From Gekko japonicus (Eukaryota): a stretch of DNA of 64,000 bases. A program made the position numbers and the translations under genes. Position 1 is the stretch's first letter; each line of letters starts with the position of its first letter. The notes beneath the pieces were generated by a model. The model ran no database searches and had not been told where the DNA came from. It saw only the letters and a list, made by a program, of their open reading frames with translations. Positions 37,942-51,345 of the stretch are shown here, piece by piece. Location of the stretch: NCBI RefSeq assembly GCF_001447785.1, contig NW_015170299.1:1-64000 (forward strand). The letters run 5' to 3'.

Positions 37942-39973
37942 CTAAATGTATACACACACAAAAAAGAAGAGGAATATAAGTTAAATTGCCATTTTCAAAT
38001 CATATATAAAGACACATCCAATAGTTTCATTGTACTTTCAATGGTTGTCATTTTGCAGCTGGTCTCTACCATACTACAGACTCCTTTAGACAGCCACAGC
38101 CCAAACGACAACTTAAAAATAAAAAAATAGTAATATAAAGATGAAAAGAATAATCTAAAGCAGTAAGCAAGATAACCATGTCTAGAGTAGCTGTACAAGG
38201 CAAATGCATACTACCTGAAGCATTACACTTCTAAAAGCCCACTTACTGTTTAAGTACCTTCCAATTTTAAAAACAAAAGCTGCTCCTCTTCTATTTAAAA
38301 AACAGAAGTTTCTGAACTTCTTAAAAAATACCAGTTTGACACAGTTTTCCTAACACACCTTTTTCAAGAATAAGCATTTTTACAGAATCATTTCCTTCCA
38401 ACTATTTTCTCGCATTTAAATAATACCTGGCAACTGTCTTAAAATAGTCTTAACCTTTATGTGAGTGATCTGAACTTCTGATTGTGTTTTATGTCACAGA
38501 GATGTGCAGTCAAGACTCTTTCAACTTGGAGCTTTCTAATGGACAACTGTTTTGCTAGCCAAAAGAGAACAGCTCATGTGTTAATTTCATATGACCAAAT
38601 GGGTGACCACATGACCAATTCAGTGTCTCCTAAGGAAGCTATAACTTTTTACCTTTTATTGAGTTAGTTAGAGTTTAGTTAAAGAAGCTTTAAATGTCTC
38701 AGGATTTACACTGCAATAGGTGCAACTTGAAAATAACCTGGACACCCGTAGACAACTACTAAAGACAGTGGTTATTCAGAGGAAAGGGAAATCAATACCA
38801 ACTGAACCCCCAAAAGCAGCAGCCAAAGACAGACAGTTACACTGCTAAATAGAGAAGATTTAGTAAACACCTTGAATCTCCATTTTGTTCTAGCCTTCCG
38901 CTATTCGGCATAACGCATGGTGAAAGGACAATAAGTTAGGATAGTATAGTAAGTATCATAATTTAATTTCATGTTACAGTGGATCTGTTACAGCAGAATG
39001 TGGCTAGGATGTTTTATTGAAGATGGAGAGGATAAAAAAGCAGTAAGGCAGAACAATCCTTATGTTACATCTCAACAGATATTCACAGAACATCAGTAGC
39101 AGACTGTTTTTCTATGATACAAGATGTTCATGAAACATTATAACTAATGACACATTTATACACACACACAGACTTTGCCCAATGATCAAAGCACCACTCA
39201 ACACAAAGACAAGCTCTCTACTTAGTGGCTCTTCTGAATGAACATTTCTCACCAGACCAACCATATCAGGCTGTTCTTGCTATCAGCACAGAATTCTTAG
39301 GCAGCTGTTTTTCTCAATTAGCAGACAGTCATCCCAATAAATCTGGCAGAAGCAGAGTGCCTTATGTTTGCCTCTGTATTTCAAGCATCCAGATGGAAAC
39401 CTAAATTCATGAAGGCCTTCCAAGTACAGCTCCCTATTATCTTTTCAATAACAGGACAAAGGGGCTGATGGGCATGCTCCCACATGATTTCTGCATAGAT
39501 GGGACTGTAAAGTTTACAGTGGATCACAATCCCTTTAATTGATGGGAACAGAGAGCTGCTGAAGGTCTTGTTAAAGGGAAGGAGACTATCCTGAGGCACA
39601 ATAATTCTGTCCTATCATGCCTGGTCTGTGTCCTCCTGCCCTTAATATATTTATCATTTCCTGTATCCCTTTCATGCTGGCCTTTCCTGTGCTTTCAGCA
39701 GAACATTCTCCAAGTGTCTCTACAGCTAAAGATGAAGCACCATGTTCTGAATAAGTTACACAACAATATACACTCCGAATAAATTTATTCCACTAAGCAT
39801 CTCTTCAAAATCTAAATTTCCTGTAGCCGGCTTGGTACTGCTGTGCCTCACCAAGCGCCTTTCTGACTCACAGTTGTATTTCTACCTCAGCAGCCACTAA
39901 CTCATCATGGTTTAGCAGACTCTTTCTGGCCTGCATTACAGATGGCTTTGGTTACTTTTTTCTATTTTTGTCA

Positions 39974-40114
<141 letters not shown>

Positions 40115-40829
40115 TTAATAGAATGTTAATTTATCTCAGACACATCTTTGTTTGGGCGGGGGGTCAGGACTTAAATAACAGATATGGATGAAGCTTATTT
40201 CAGTGCATTAACTGTGACTTTCTAAAGCTTCAGAACTACTGCAGTTAGTTCTAAGAGCAGCTCACATACAAGTCACTGGTGTAAGAAGAGGAAGCAGTCA
40301 GGCATCCTTCCATCTGGGACCTTACTAAGAACTGTTTCTCTGAGAACATTTGTTTTATATTGTATTTAAGCTTCTGTAAACTGATCTGGGAGGCAATTTT
40401 ACGCTGGAAAACGAGGGAACAGACAATACAAAATAGACTGAATGCTACCAGCTTTCCTTCTGGTGTAAGAAGGAGGACTGTGAGACCCATGTGAAATGGG
40501 AATGCAGTGTGGAGGGAATTGGGTGAGATTGGCCTGCCTCCATCTTGTGCCAACAGAAAAACTGGTAGTAACTAAACCAATAATGACATCATACAGCAAC
40601 TAATTTGTAAAACTGTAACTTTCTAGCAAGCATTACATGGTTTGACAGCAAATATAACTATATAAGCCTCTGAGACAAATACCAGTAACATTCAAAGTAC
40701 AGGAATGAATCTAGGAGCGCTCAACTGTTTGAACATTCACAGCTTTACTGATGGGTATATTTAAGCTAACCAAGGTATAAGGCCCATCATTACTTTGGCT
40801 TTGTTCAGCATTATCTACTGACAGTCTGA

Positions 40830-41560
40830 CAGTGTTCAGTCTCCTGGGTGAGCACTAAGTGAATGCAGGCTAATAAACTGAAGCTTAATCCCAACAAGAT
40901 GAAAGGGCTATTGCTGAGTGGAAGGTCTGACCTGGGACTTAAGGTGTCACTCATTCTGGACAGCGTTCCACTCTCCTTGAAGGACAGGTCCACAGTATGG
41001 GAGTGCTCTTGGACCATGGCTTCCTGCTGGATATGCAGGTGGCAGTTGTGGCCAGAAGTGCCTTTTACCAGCTTCAACTGGCTAGCCAGCTGCAGCCTTT
41101 CCTGGGCAGAAAAGATCCAGCCACTGTGTGGCATACACCGGCTACATCTAGATTAAATTACTGCATACTGCAATGTGTTCTATGTGGGGTTGTTGACCTT
41201 TAAAGCTGTACATGGCTTGGAACCAGCATACCATAAGGACCAGTGACTACTTTAGTAATCAGCCCTACCACTATGGCCATCTTTCAAGGCTCTGCTTCAG
41301 GTGCCTCCACCATCTGAAATTAAGTGGGTCACAACATGGGAGAGGTCCTTCTCTGCCATGTCACCAAACCTCATCTGGACTTAGCTCAGTGATTCCTGAT
41401 TCCTGCCATGTGTTTTAATTGCTGTTCTTATATGTGCATTTTTGGTTTTGTTTGATTTTAATGGTTTCTAAGACATGTTATGTATGTTTTTATTTTGTTA
41501 GCTGCCTTGGTTGTCCCAATTAGGGCAGTAAGGCAGGGTATAAAGTCTCTAAATAAATAA
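40830..41560 (+). mobile_element. Degenerate L2 LINE 3' part
   Basis: Remnants MQANKLKLNPNK and ARSAFYQL...LQPFL; AAAT-repeat tail near 41551. Confidence 0.75.
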
Positions 41561-42649
41561 GATTACATAACATGGGATATATGAGAGTTCAGACCATTTT
41601 CACCTAGCAGGTCTTATGCATGCTGCACATTAAGACAACAAAACATAGGAATTCACAGTGAATTATATATTACTTTAATATTACCTTTTATAGAACAAAT
41701 GAAACCACTCACAAGCAATGTTGTGAATGCTCACCAATTTCCATAACCGTCATGACTACTAGTGTCAAAGGATACCATAATCTAACAGCCAGAATAAACT
41801 ATGAAATATAGATGCTGAGTATTAGCCATATAAAAGCACTTCAAGCTTAATTACCAAGGGCAATCAATAGCCTACCATTCTTAATGTATGGCCTGATTAT
41901 TCCTGTCAGCAGAGGACCCAGCTTGTTTTAACAAGCTTTCTGCAGCTAAAATCTGCATGGCTCAACAAGGGTAATACCAACGAGATCTATACTTACAGCA
42001 AGTAACTGCAACAACACAGCATCAGCATTTTTTAAATGATGAACCTCACAACTGATGCAGTTGTTTCCAGGCTAGCTTCAAGTCAAATTAACTGGTGTTC
42101 TGCCACATGGATAGCAGCTATGATTTTGAAAAGCAACAACCTCAGGTTTTATGTTCAAATACACAAAATACATGCATACCCAACCATATCCATCTCTGCC
42201 TCTCCTTCCCCCATGCCAAATGTATGGATGGGGCATGCTAGGAATTTTGGTACATACATATTTATGACTTTAATACATATTTGTAATTCACATTTCAAAA
42301 TGCTGTGTTCAGTACTAGTGTAATGGTTACTCTTTTTATAGAAACATGAGAAATTACAACTGGCAGAGAGGAAGCCTTTTAAAGGCTGCATTGCTTCATA
42401 ATTATTCCGTCTTCTCCTAACTGCCTGTATGGAAAAAAATTCATGTTAAGATGATGTAACCATTTCACTATCTCTAGAGATGCCTCCTGTACATCCCAGA
42501 GATAATACTTGCCTGAAAACAAGCTGTTTAATGATATCTACTTACTGCATTACTTCCCACTTGAAAGGACATAATTAGTATGTGCCTGTTTAATTTTCTT
42601 AAATTCCTACAAAACAACTTTTGAAATGTTGAGAATGAACACCTAATTA

Positions 42650-42838
<189 letters not shown>

Positions 42839-43074
42839 TTAAAAATATTTTTTTACACAGTTTCATCAGCAAATTGTAACAAGTCATCCTGGCTTCATAT
42901 TCCTACTGAGTGCATTTTGTACTTAAGCTACCACAAATTTGATTTCAAAAGGATTTAAGCACCTTAAATGTGTGGACTATTTTTATTTACTTCATTTATA
43001 CTCCACCTTTCTCCTCAATGGGGATCCAAGACAACTTACATAATTCTCCTCTCCTTCATGTTATCCTTACAACA

Positions 43075-44743
43075 CTCAAGGGGCACTCAAGGAGGCGATG
43101 GTCCGCCCACTCCTAAAAAAACCATCTCTCTGGACCCGGCCGAATTGGCTAATTACCGGCCAGTTTCCAATTTGCCCTATTTGGGCAAATTAACTGAGAG
43201 GGTGGTGGCGATACAGTTACAGAGCTTTATGGATGACACTTCCATGTTAGATCCCATCCAGTCCAGCTTTCGCCCAGGACACAGGATGGAGACGGCACTG
43301 GTCACCCTGACTGACAATCTCCGGAGGCATCTGGATCGGGGTGGTTTGGCAGTACTGCTGTTGTTGAACCTGTCGGCTGTGTTCAACATGGTTGATCATC
43401 AGTTGCTGCTTCACCGCCTCACCGACATGGGAATTCAGGGGCTTGCCTTGCAACGGCTTGCTTCCTTTCTCCAAGGTTGGGGACAAAGGGTGGCACTTGG
43501 AGAGCAGCAGTCCAGGAGACACCCGCTGGAGTGCGGAGTGCCTCAAGGGGCAGTGCTCTCCCCGATGTTATTTAACATCTATATGCGCCCCCTTGCCCAG
43601 ATAGCCCGAAGTCATGGGCTGGGATGTCACCAGTGCGCTGATGACACCCAGCTCTATCTGATTTGGGCGGCTGGTCGAACTCCAGTCCTGAAGATTCGGA
43701 CCAGGTGTTACAGGCCGTGGCTGGTTGGCTCAGGCTGAATCAGCTGAAATTGAATCCGGCGAAGACGGAGGTCCTGTGTGTGGGCCGGGACAGTGCACGG
43801 GTGGGGATCCCACTCCTGACCTTCAGTGGGGTGCCATTCGTGCCAGTGCCGGAGGTTAGGAGTTTGGGAGTGCTCCTGGATTCTTCCTTAACAATGGAAG
43901 CTGAAGTAGCAGCTACTGCTAAATCGGCCTTTTACCATCTTCAGCTGATTAGGCAGTTGGTTTCCTTCCTCAACCGCAACAACCTGGCCACAGTGATCCA
44001 TGAGATGGTCACCTTGAGACTGGACTACTGTAAGGCTCTCTACATGGGGCTGCCCTTGTCGCAAATTTGGAAGCTTCAGCTAGTGCAGAATGCCATGGCC
44101 AGGCTGCTGATGGGCATACCTAGATGGGAGCACATCCAGCCTGTGCTGAAGGCCTTGCACTGGCTGCCAATAGCATACCGAATCCGCTTCAAGGTGCTAG
44201 TGCTCACCTTTAAAGCCCTATATGGCCAGGGTTCGACATACCGGAGGGACCGCCTTTCCCCACATATACCCCAGAGAGCACTGCGGTCAGGGTCACAGAA
44301 TCGGTTGACCCTCCCGTGCCCCAAGGATGCCAGGCTTGCTGCGACAAGGGCCAAGGCCTTTTCAGTGGTGGCTCCTTACTGGTGGAACAAGCTCCCAGAA
44401 GAGATCAGGGCCCTGTGGGATCTTTTACAGTTCTGCAGGGCCTGCAAGACGGAGCTCTTCAGCTAGGAGCCGCCCCCACTATTACCATCAACGAGCCCGG
44501 CCCTCAGCTCTAACATCTGGCTCATTCTATCGAGTGACTTGGGATGACACTGAGCTGGAACTCAGCTGTTGGAGACATCTGTAGCATGCCACTGTAAGGC
44601 TAACTAATAGCACCTTATGATTTTATGGTTTTATTTGTATATAAAAACTGTTTGATATGGTTTTATTGGCAACTGGTGCCACTACTGCAAGCCGCCCTAA
44701 GCCCGCTTGCAGGGAGAGTGGGGTACAAATTGAATAAGTAATA
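43075..44743 (+). mobile_element. L2 LINE (RT domain and C-terminus), 5'-truncated, inserted into a minus-strand SINE
   Basis: NYRPVSNLPYLGK, GVPQGAVLSP, ADDTQLY, LKLNPAKTE, LVQNAMARLL, LHWLP. The SINE halves lie at about 42980-43074 and 44744-44878. Confidence 0.9.
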
Positions 44744-46297
44744 AACCCTGTGAGGCAGATTAGGCCGAGAGTATGCAAGTGGCCCCAGGTCACCCAGCAA
44801 GCTTCTGTGGCACAATGGGGATTTAAACCTGGGTCTCCCAGATCCTACTCCAATACTCTAACCATTACACTACACTGGACTACAGGCATAGTCATACTCT
44901 TATTTGGTGGCTTCTGTATTAGTGTTGTACCCTAAGTTCACACACCCTGAGTTTTTTTGTACAGTCCTTTTCCCTAGAGGCCTAAGCGTGACTTATAGTT
45001 TTGTGCTTCCCTTTCAGATTTGTCTTGGAGAATTGTACCATGTCCACAACTATTACTGTAATATAGTGACTAGAGATGAGAATGCCTGGGAATTTTGAAG
45101 CCATAGGAAAAAATGGAAGGGAGCGGAAAATGCACTAAATAAATACATGCAAGGCAATCTAACTCTGGTATATATTATAAATATATCAAATTGACACTAG
45201 TCCATTATAAATATTAAAGTACAGATATGGCCAATACTACAGAATCAAGAACCTGAGAGTCATAGAAAATACTCCCAAATACAGCAATAACTAAATTACA
45301 CATTATGGATTGAATCCAACCAGCTTTTCCACTGGTGAACAATGGAGGAGGAAACTCTTTAACAACCAAAATGCTGGGGGGATAATGGGACCTGCATGGA
45401 CAAAAACCATGTAGAATGGGAGCTGGAATAAGGAGGGAAATTGGAAGAGAATGTGCAAAAAAGTCAGCTGGATCAGTCTCTGTGTTAGTGGTTGAAAACC
45501 ATTCTACATTCCATCAACAAAGAAATTTAACCAAGTCAGTAGGCTTTTACGTGAAACTGTTTAAACAGAAGATAAAAATCAATCTACTCTTCATTTCATC
45601 TGTGAATTTGTGATAAAATGAATAGTAACACAGCTTTGTTCTTTACCTGAACAACATAATCTCACATTTCATTTTTTTTCTTAAAGTAACTTTCCATTCA
45701 GTCTCACAGGAGGCATTAGTTTTGTTGTCAGATATATTAACTAAGAACATTTAATGTACTATATCCCCACCACTTAATTTTTATTTGCAAAAAATATTTC
45801 TATCATTTTTTAACAGGATGTCACTCTGAACTATAACGAAATTTAAATTTTGCATTTCAAATACAAACACTTTCAGAACAGAAAAATCATTATTGAGGCC
45901 AATAATATATAATAGATACTTGCTGCCCAAGCAAAGTTGCATTTTTTACAGCCATGTAAGAAGTTGGCTGGCTACAGTGTTTCAAAGTTTCAGGTAGTGA
46001 GTAAGTATGGAACAGAGAAGTCTGAATAAAGGAACTGCAGAGAACAGAATGTTCTCAATCAACAAAACAAAGTATTGATTTAGTAGCAATTCCCTGGCTT
46101 AAATCTTGCGGTTATGTCAACCTATGTGTGGGCATGTACACTTAAAATAATTCTTCCTAAACTAGATGGAACATATCGCATGACATAAAAATTCCTGATG
46201 AAAACCAAATGTTTATGAAGAACTTATTGACACAGAATGATCAGCTTGTTTCTTCCCACCTTCACCCTACACAGAAAATCAGTTTGTTTCAACAGAC

Positions 46298-46417
46298 CTC
46301 ATTTTGCCTTTTGATGTGATGTCCACTCGTACTGGTTCAAATTTATATGCTGGAGATATAACTTCAACTACATAGGATCCAGAAGGGATATCATGAACCA
46401 CAAAGCTGCCATCTGTC
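46298..46417 (-). CDS. EMC7: EMC7 exon 2
   Basis: [40 protein letters not shown], 120 nt, phase 2-2. Confidence 0.95.
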
Positions 46418-47742
46418 CTGTTAAAATAAAGAATAACATATTTAACTCCACCACAGAAGAGATGCAATATTTTAAACATACTATGGATATTTTAGACATC
46501 CCAGTACTAGTATGCATTTGCCAAGACTGGAATTACAACTCTTATTTACCCATTCATAACACAACCCTATAGGCCACTGACCCCAGATGTGGTGCTCATG
46601 GGCAACATAAATCTCACTAACGTGCTTCCTGGTGTCCACTTCTTGTTCAAAGCAAAGAGCATACCCGGGCTTTCTTCCACCTCACTGAAGCAGAAAGGGC
46701 TTCATTCGTAAAACCTAAAAAGCATCAATGTATAGCTCTGAAGCACTAATTCAGAAATAGCTGTTCCCAGGATAGGATGACACTTAGTTTAGAATATCCC
46801 AGTATTCTGTGATTGCCTCCCATAGCATCTATTTTGTGATTGATCCTAATGCCCACTGCAGTTATTTTTAGTAGCATCCATTAGCCTCTTCCAAAATTCC
46901 AAAAGTGCCCAAAGGCTCAATATGGTTAGAGCTCTTTGGTTTATACCACTGACCCACAACATCACTGAGCTGGCACAGGACAGTAGTTATGAGTTGGAAG
47001 TTTAAATTTATGAATCACTAGAGGGCATTAAAACAAACCATACTTAATCAGTCTCAGATTCCTGATTTGTAATATGGGGATGGGAAAATGTCTGCCTCAC
47101 ATAACTGTTTTTAGCACTGCTGAAATTCTGTGTGAGAAGTCCTTTGAACATTTTTTAAAAAACTGGTAGTCATAACCATAGTACAAATTCATAGAAACTG
47201 AAAGATGAAGGAAAGATTGGCTCATTTTTCATGCCCTTCTGCTACTACAAGATGAACTTTTAAAGTGATTCTCTGAATGCAAATATATGGGAAAAGATAC
47301 AGTTACAATGATACTGCTAACTCACAATAGCTTCTAAAGGGATGAATCCTTGAGCAAGCACAGGAAGAATCCAAGCTGTGCTCATAAGATCAATTCTGGA
47401 AATGTTACAAAGATAGCCAGCTCCCATATTCTCACCATCAGCCTGGTAATAGAGGAAAACTTACCACCACAACACAAGTGACAGATATAATGGCAACTAT
47501 AATTTCAAGTGATCAAAAAATACAAGAGACTGCTCTGTAAAGGAGAACCCTTGTCTAATGTTGAAAGACAACTGTAGGACCAGGATAACTCAAATAGATC
47601 TCTGTAAGTTGTACCAGCCTCATATTGCACAAGTAGATATGTTACATAATTTGCCATCATCATTTATACAACCATGGATTACAAATGTTTTAATTTATTC
47701 AGACTACCATTTCCAACTGTGTCCTATTCACTTTAGGCTTAA

Positions 47743-48633
47743 TCTCCCTTATAAATAAAGGCCGAATGGTGGTGGCACTTCTCTAGAACATTCCACACGC
47801 TCCAAAATCAGTTCGCTCTCTGATCTGTCATTCAGAGGGTCTCCCTATCCATTGGCTGCTTTGCCTGAGTCCTGCCTCCAACTTTCTAAACATTTTGCAG
47901 TCCCTCTCCCCCCATGGCCAGTCAGAACAGAGAGGTTATTTGCATATGCAGCGTCATTGGCCTCTGCCTCGAAACACAGAGGTTGTTTGCATATGCGACT
48001 TGATTGGCTTTTGCTTCTAACATTCTAAACAGTTTTGCTGTTCTGAGGTAAAATGTGTCCAATCTCCAGGTGAGGGCTGGAAATCACTCAGAATTCCAAC
48101 TGCTTTCCAGATGGCAGAGATCAGTTCCTCTGGAGAAAATGGTGGGCTCTGTGTCCAATGTGACATAGCAGTCAGGGTTTCAGAGCATGGGAGAGGCTGC
48201 AGGTGTGTGGGGGATGGAAAGCTGAAGAGTGAGGGAGAAAGGTAGGTTGATGATTGGCTGGGAAGGCGATAGGGTTGCCAACTCCAGGTGTGAAATTCCT
48301 GGAGATGTGAGGGATGGAGCCTAGTGAGGTTTCAGGAGGCGTGGGACCTCGGACAGGTACAAAGCCATAGACTCCACCCTCCAAACCAACTATTCCCTTC
48401 TGGGGAAATATCGTTGCCAATCTCCAGGTGATGGCTGGAGATCACTCAAAATTACAACTGTTCTTTAGGTAGCAGAGATCAGTTCCTCTGGAGAAAATGG
48501 TGGACTTAGTGTCATTATACCCTGCTGAGGTCGCCACAGCAAATTGACACTGAGTGTCCAAGGCCGGGGCACCCGCCCACAGCCTCTTTCTAGAGGCCGT
48601 TGTATTTCTTTCCACAACGGGCCTTTTCCCTAG
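47743..48633 (+). mobile_element. Non-autonomous Helitron-like element (copy 2) in EMC7 intron 1
   Basis: Inserted between A (47742) and T (48634) with no TSD. Starts TCTCCCTTATAAATAAA and ends with hairpin CCGTTGT (48597-48603) / ACAACGG (48614-48620) followed by CTAG (48630-48633). Confidence 0.75.
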
Positions 48634-49156
48634 TTTAACTTAAAGTATAAAGTCTATAGTAAATTTTACAGTCTATGCATAAACAAGAAAGGCATCTTTG
48701 CAAAAAGGAGAATAGCCAAGCTACCCGGTTCTTTTACCACATACACCCTTGTGTTTATTAGAAGGCTGAATGAATGGGGAGCAGTCTGTAAAGAACAAGA
48801 GTTGCTACTGCCTTGTCTCAAAACTTCATTGTCCTTAAAGGTGCCACTGGACTCAAACTTTGTTCTGCTGCTCCAGACGAACACGGCTACCCACCTGAAT
48901 CTCAAAGCTGGTGTGTGTGAGTGTAAAACAGAAAAGGAAGAAAGCTTCCTCAGACTTCACCTTCAGACTAACATGTACTCCAAAGGGATGCTCCTCCTCT
49001 ATTAACACTGGTGTTTGGTCACTACCTAGAGTGATACAGGAAGTAGATATGACACTGATAATTACTGATGAAACAGATATTACCCAATAGTTGCCTGTAA
49101 CTCATACAATTACATTCTGGAGACACTCAAGTACTAATAGCCCTGATGGTTAGGGA

Positions 49157-49189
49157 NNNNNNNNNNNNNNNNNNNNNNNNNNNNNNNNN
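49157..49189. other. Assembly gap (33 N)
   Basis: Run of n characters. Confidence 1.
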
Positions 49190-50399
49190 ACCCAGGAATG
49201 ATATGTTGCTTCAGGATGCTTGCAGTAATCCAGCAAATCTAACATTTTATGAAAGTATTGTGGGGGGCATTCTGTTTCTGTTTGAGTCTTAATTACTTTC
49301 ATATGAAGAGCTTTGCTGAATCAGAGCAGTGGTCCATCTAGTTCAGCATCAAGTTTCCTGAAGTGGCTTAACAGACTGCAGGCCCACAGCAGGGGCATTT
49401 TGGGTAAAATTTCTCTCTGAACCTGCTCCACCAATAGCATTAAGACATACTACCTCCAAGCATGCAGTCACTGATCTGTCTTCCATGAATTTGCCAAATT
49501 CTTTCTTAGTTACCTAAACTAGCACCCAATAGCACAGCCTGTGTCAACACAAACCAAAAGTACTTACAGATTACATGAAGTATTCACATTTTTCTGTCAT
49601 AGATCTACTGCCTATCCATATTATTGGGTGCACCTAAATTCTAGTATTTTTGGAGATAAGTTCCTACTCTGTTTCTCCACAACATGCATCATGTTAGGGA
49701 ATATAGTCCCTGTTGTTCATCTTAAAAAAAGAAAAGGAAAAGAGTCCCAAACTTTTGAACTTTTGAAAATGATCCAACTGCCTGATTGTTTCAGTTGGTT
49801 CTCTCTACACCTTCTTTGTGGGGGCAGGGAGGTGACAGCATATACACAAACTAGCCAGGGGATTAAGAAAGTAATCTATTTTCCAAACATGCTACTGGAA
49901 GTAATGGACAGCACTCAAATTTGGAATACTACATGAGATTGATTCCTAGTGCTCATAAAAAGCAGGGGTACCCAAGATACCCAAGACTGTACTTGAACAG
50001 GGATCAGAGTTCAAATGGAAAACAAGCACAATAATAAAGGGACATGTTTTTGTCCCTCCCCTAGAAGAGTGAAAAACAAACAAGGGGTGCAGTAGTACCT
50101 TTGAGACTAATATTTATTCCAGCACAAGTTTTTGAGAGTCAGAGCTCAGTCTCCAAGGCACCACTGGACTCCTGTTTTATTTTGTTGCTACAGAGCGTTT
50201 CCTCTGGGCAAGACGTTTGAAATCAATACAAGCAGTGAGCAACAACTACATGCCTTCTCAACTCTAAAAACTTCAAGTATGGCATTAAACATGCTCTGTA
50301 GTGCGCCCTGAAGGTTTCACATAGACTAGTCTCAACTCTTTGTAAGATACGGAAGACAGAGAGGATGGTACACCTACAAAAGAGGTTTCCCTGTTCCCA

Positions 50400-51345
50400 G
50401 AAGCGCGCGTTCACAGGGTCACAAGTGAGAATGCCCCCCCGCCCCGGGATCCGCGTGACAATCCAGCGCTTTAGAACAGGGTCGCCGTGCGCAACAGCAG
50501 CCGGGGACACCACTGAGGGCGCCGGAATCAACATACGGGATCTCTCTCCAGGGGAAGAGCCGTGGTGCGAAGGCCGGCTCACGGCTACTCACTTGAGGAA
50601 ACCGACATGCTCCTCCCCGTCCACAAGTACTCGAGCCCCCGCAATCCAGTCTTGGGGCTTCACTCCTGGCACCACTGCGCGGCCCTCAATCTTAAACCGC
50701 TCCCCGGATCCCAGAGCCTCCCCGTTCCCGGCCATCTCCATAGCCCAACAGCTAGGAAGGAGCAGGGACGCCAGCAAGAGTAGCAGCGCCGGAGGAAGGC
50801 TGCAAGGCCCGGCAGCCATTACAGCCTCTCTGCGAGGTGCCGACATGGAAACAATGGGGAACAGGGAGAAGAGCAGAAAGAGACGCTCTCTTCTATTGGC
50901 GCACGCGCAGAACGCCTGAGCTCATGCGCCAAAGCAAAGCGCGCAGTCCTGTGACGAATGAGGAAACGAGGGTGTCAGTGGCAAGCAAGGGCCGTTGGTC
51001 TTAATGGCTCTCTCACAGAACTTCCGGTTTTCTTTTGCATTTTGCAGAATTCTGTGTGCAGTGTAGAAATGCCTTTATTTCAAATACTCTGCTCCTCTAA
51101 CTAACAACTGTTATTTTTTGATACGGCTCCTATGCTTTTAAATGACCCACCGCGCGTAGAAATTTCAACAGATGGTAGATGCAGTGAGGGAAAGGTATTG
51201 AACTAAACATTATTAAAAGAACATTCCCCCTTGTGTGTGGCAGTGCTGCGTAGGTTTTCATGAGTTTGAACTCGCTTTAACAGATGCAAGAAAATAGAGT
51301 CTAGCATGAGAACGGAAGTTTAGGCTGGTTGCTCGGCAACTGCAC
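50400..51345. promoter_or_regulatory. EMC7 CpG-island promoter
   Basis: CpG-rich region with ATTGG (CCAAT) at about 50895, NRF1-like GCGCACGCGC at about 50899, ETS CTTCCGG at about 51021 and CGGAAGT at 51313, and X-box-like GTTGCTCGGCAAC at 51328-51340. Confidence 0.7.
50593..50819 (-). CDS. EMC7: EMC7 exon 1 (signal peptide; an in-frame upstream ATG exists at 50846)
   Basis: [21 protein letters not shown]...[36 protein letters not shown]; donor AA|GTGAGT. Confidence 0.93.

Noticed and set aside
42968-43738. 256-aa chimeric ORF with a hydrophobic N-terminus
   Set aside because: Chance read-through from an antisense SINE into frameshifted L2 RT, with a degenerate CADD motif.
50223-50919. 184-aa and 119-aa ORFs over the EMC7 CpG island
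   Set aside because: Antisense or intronic frames explained by GC content.
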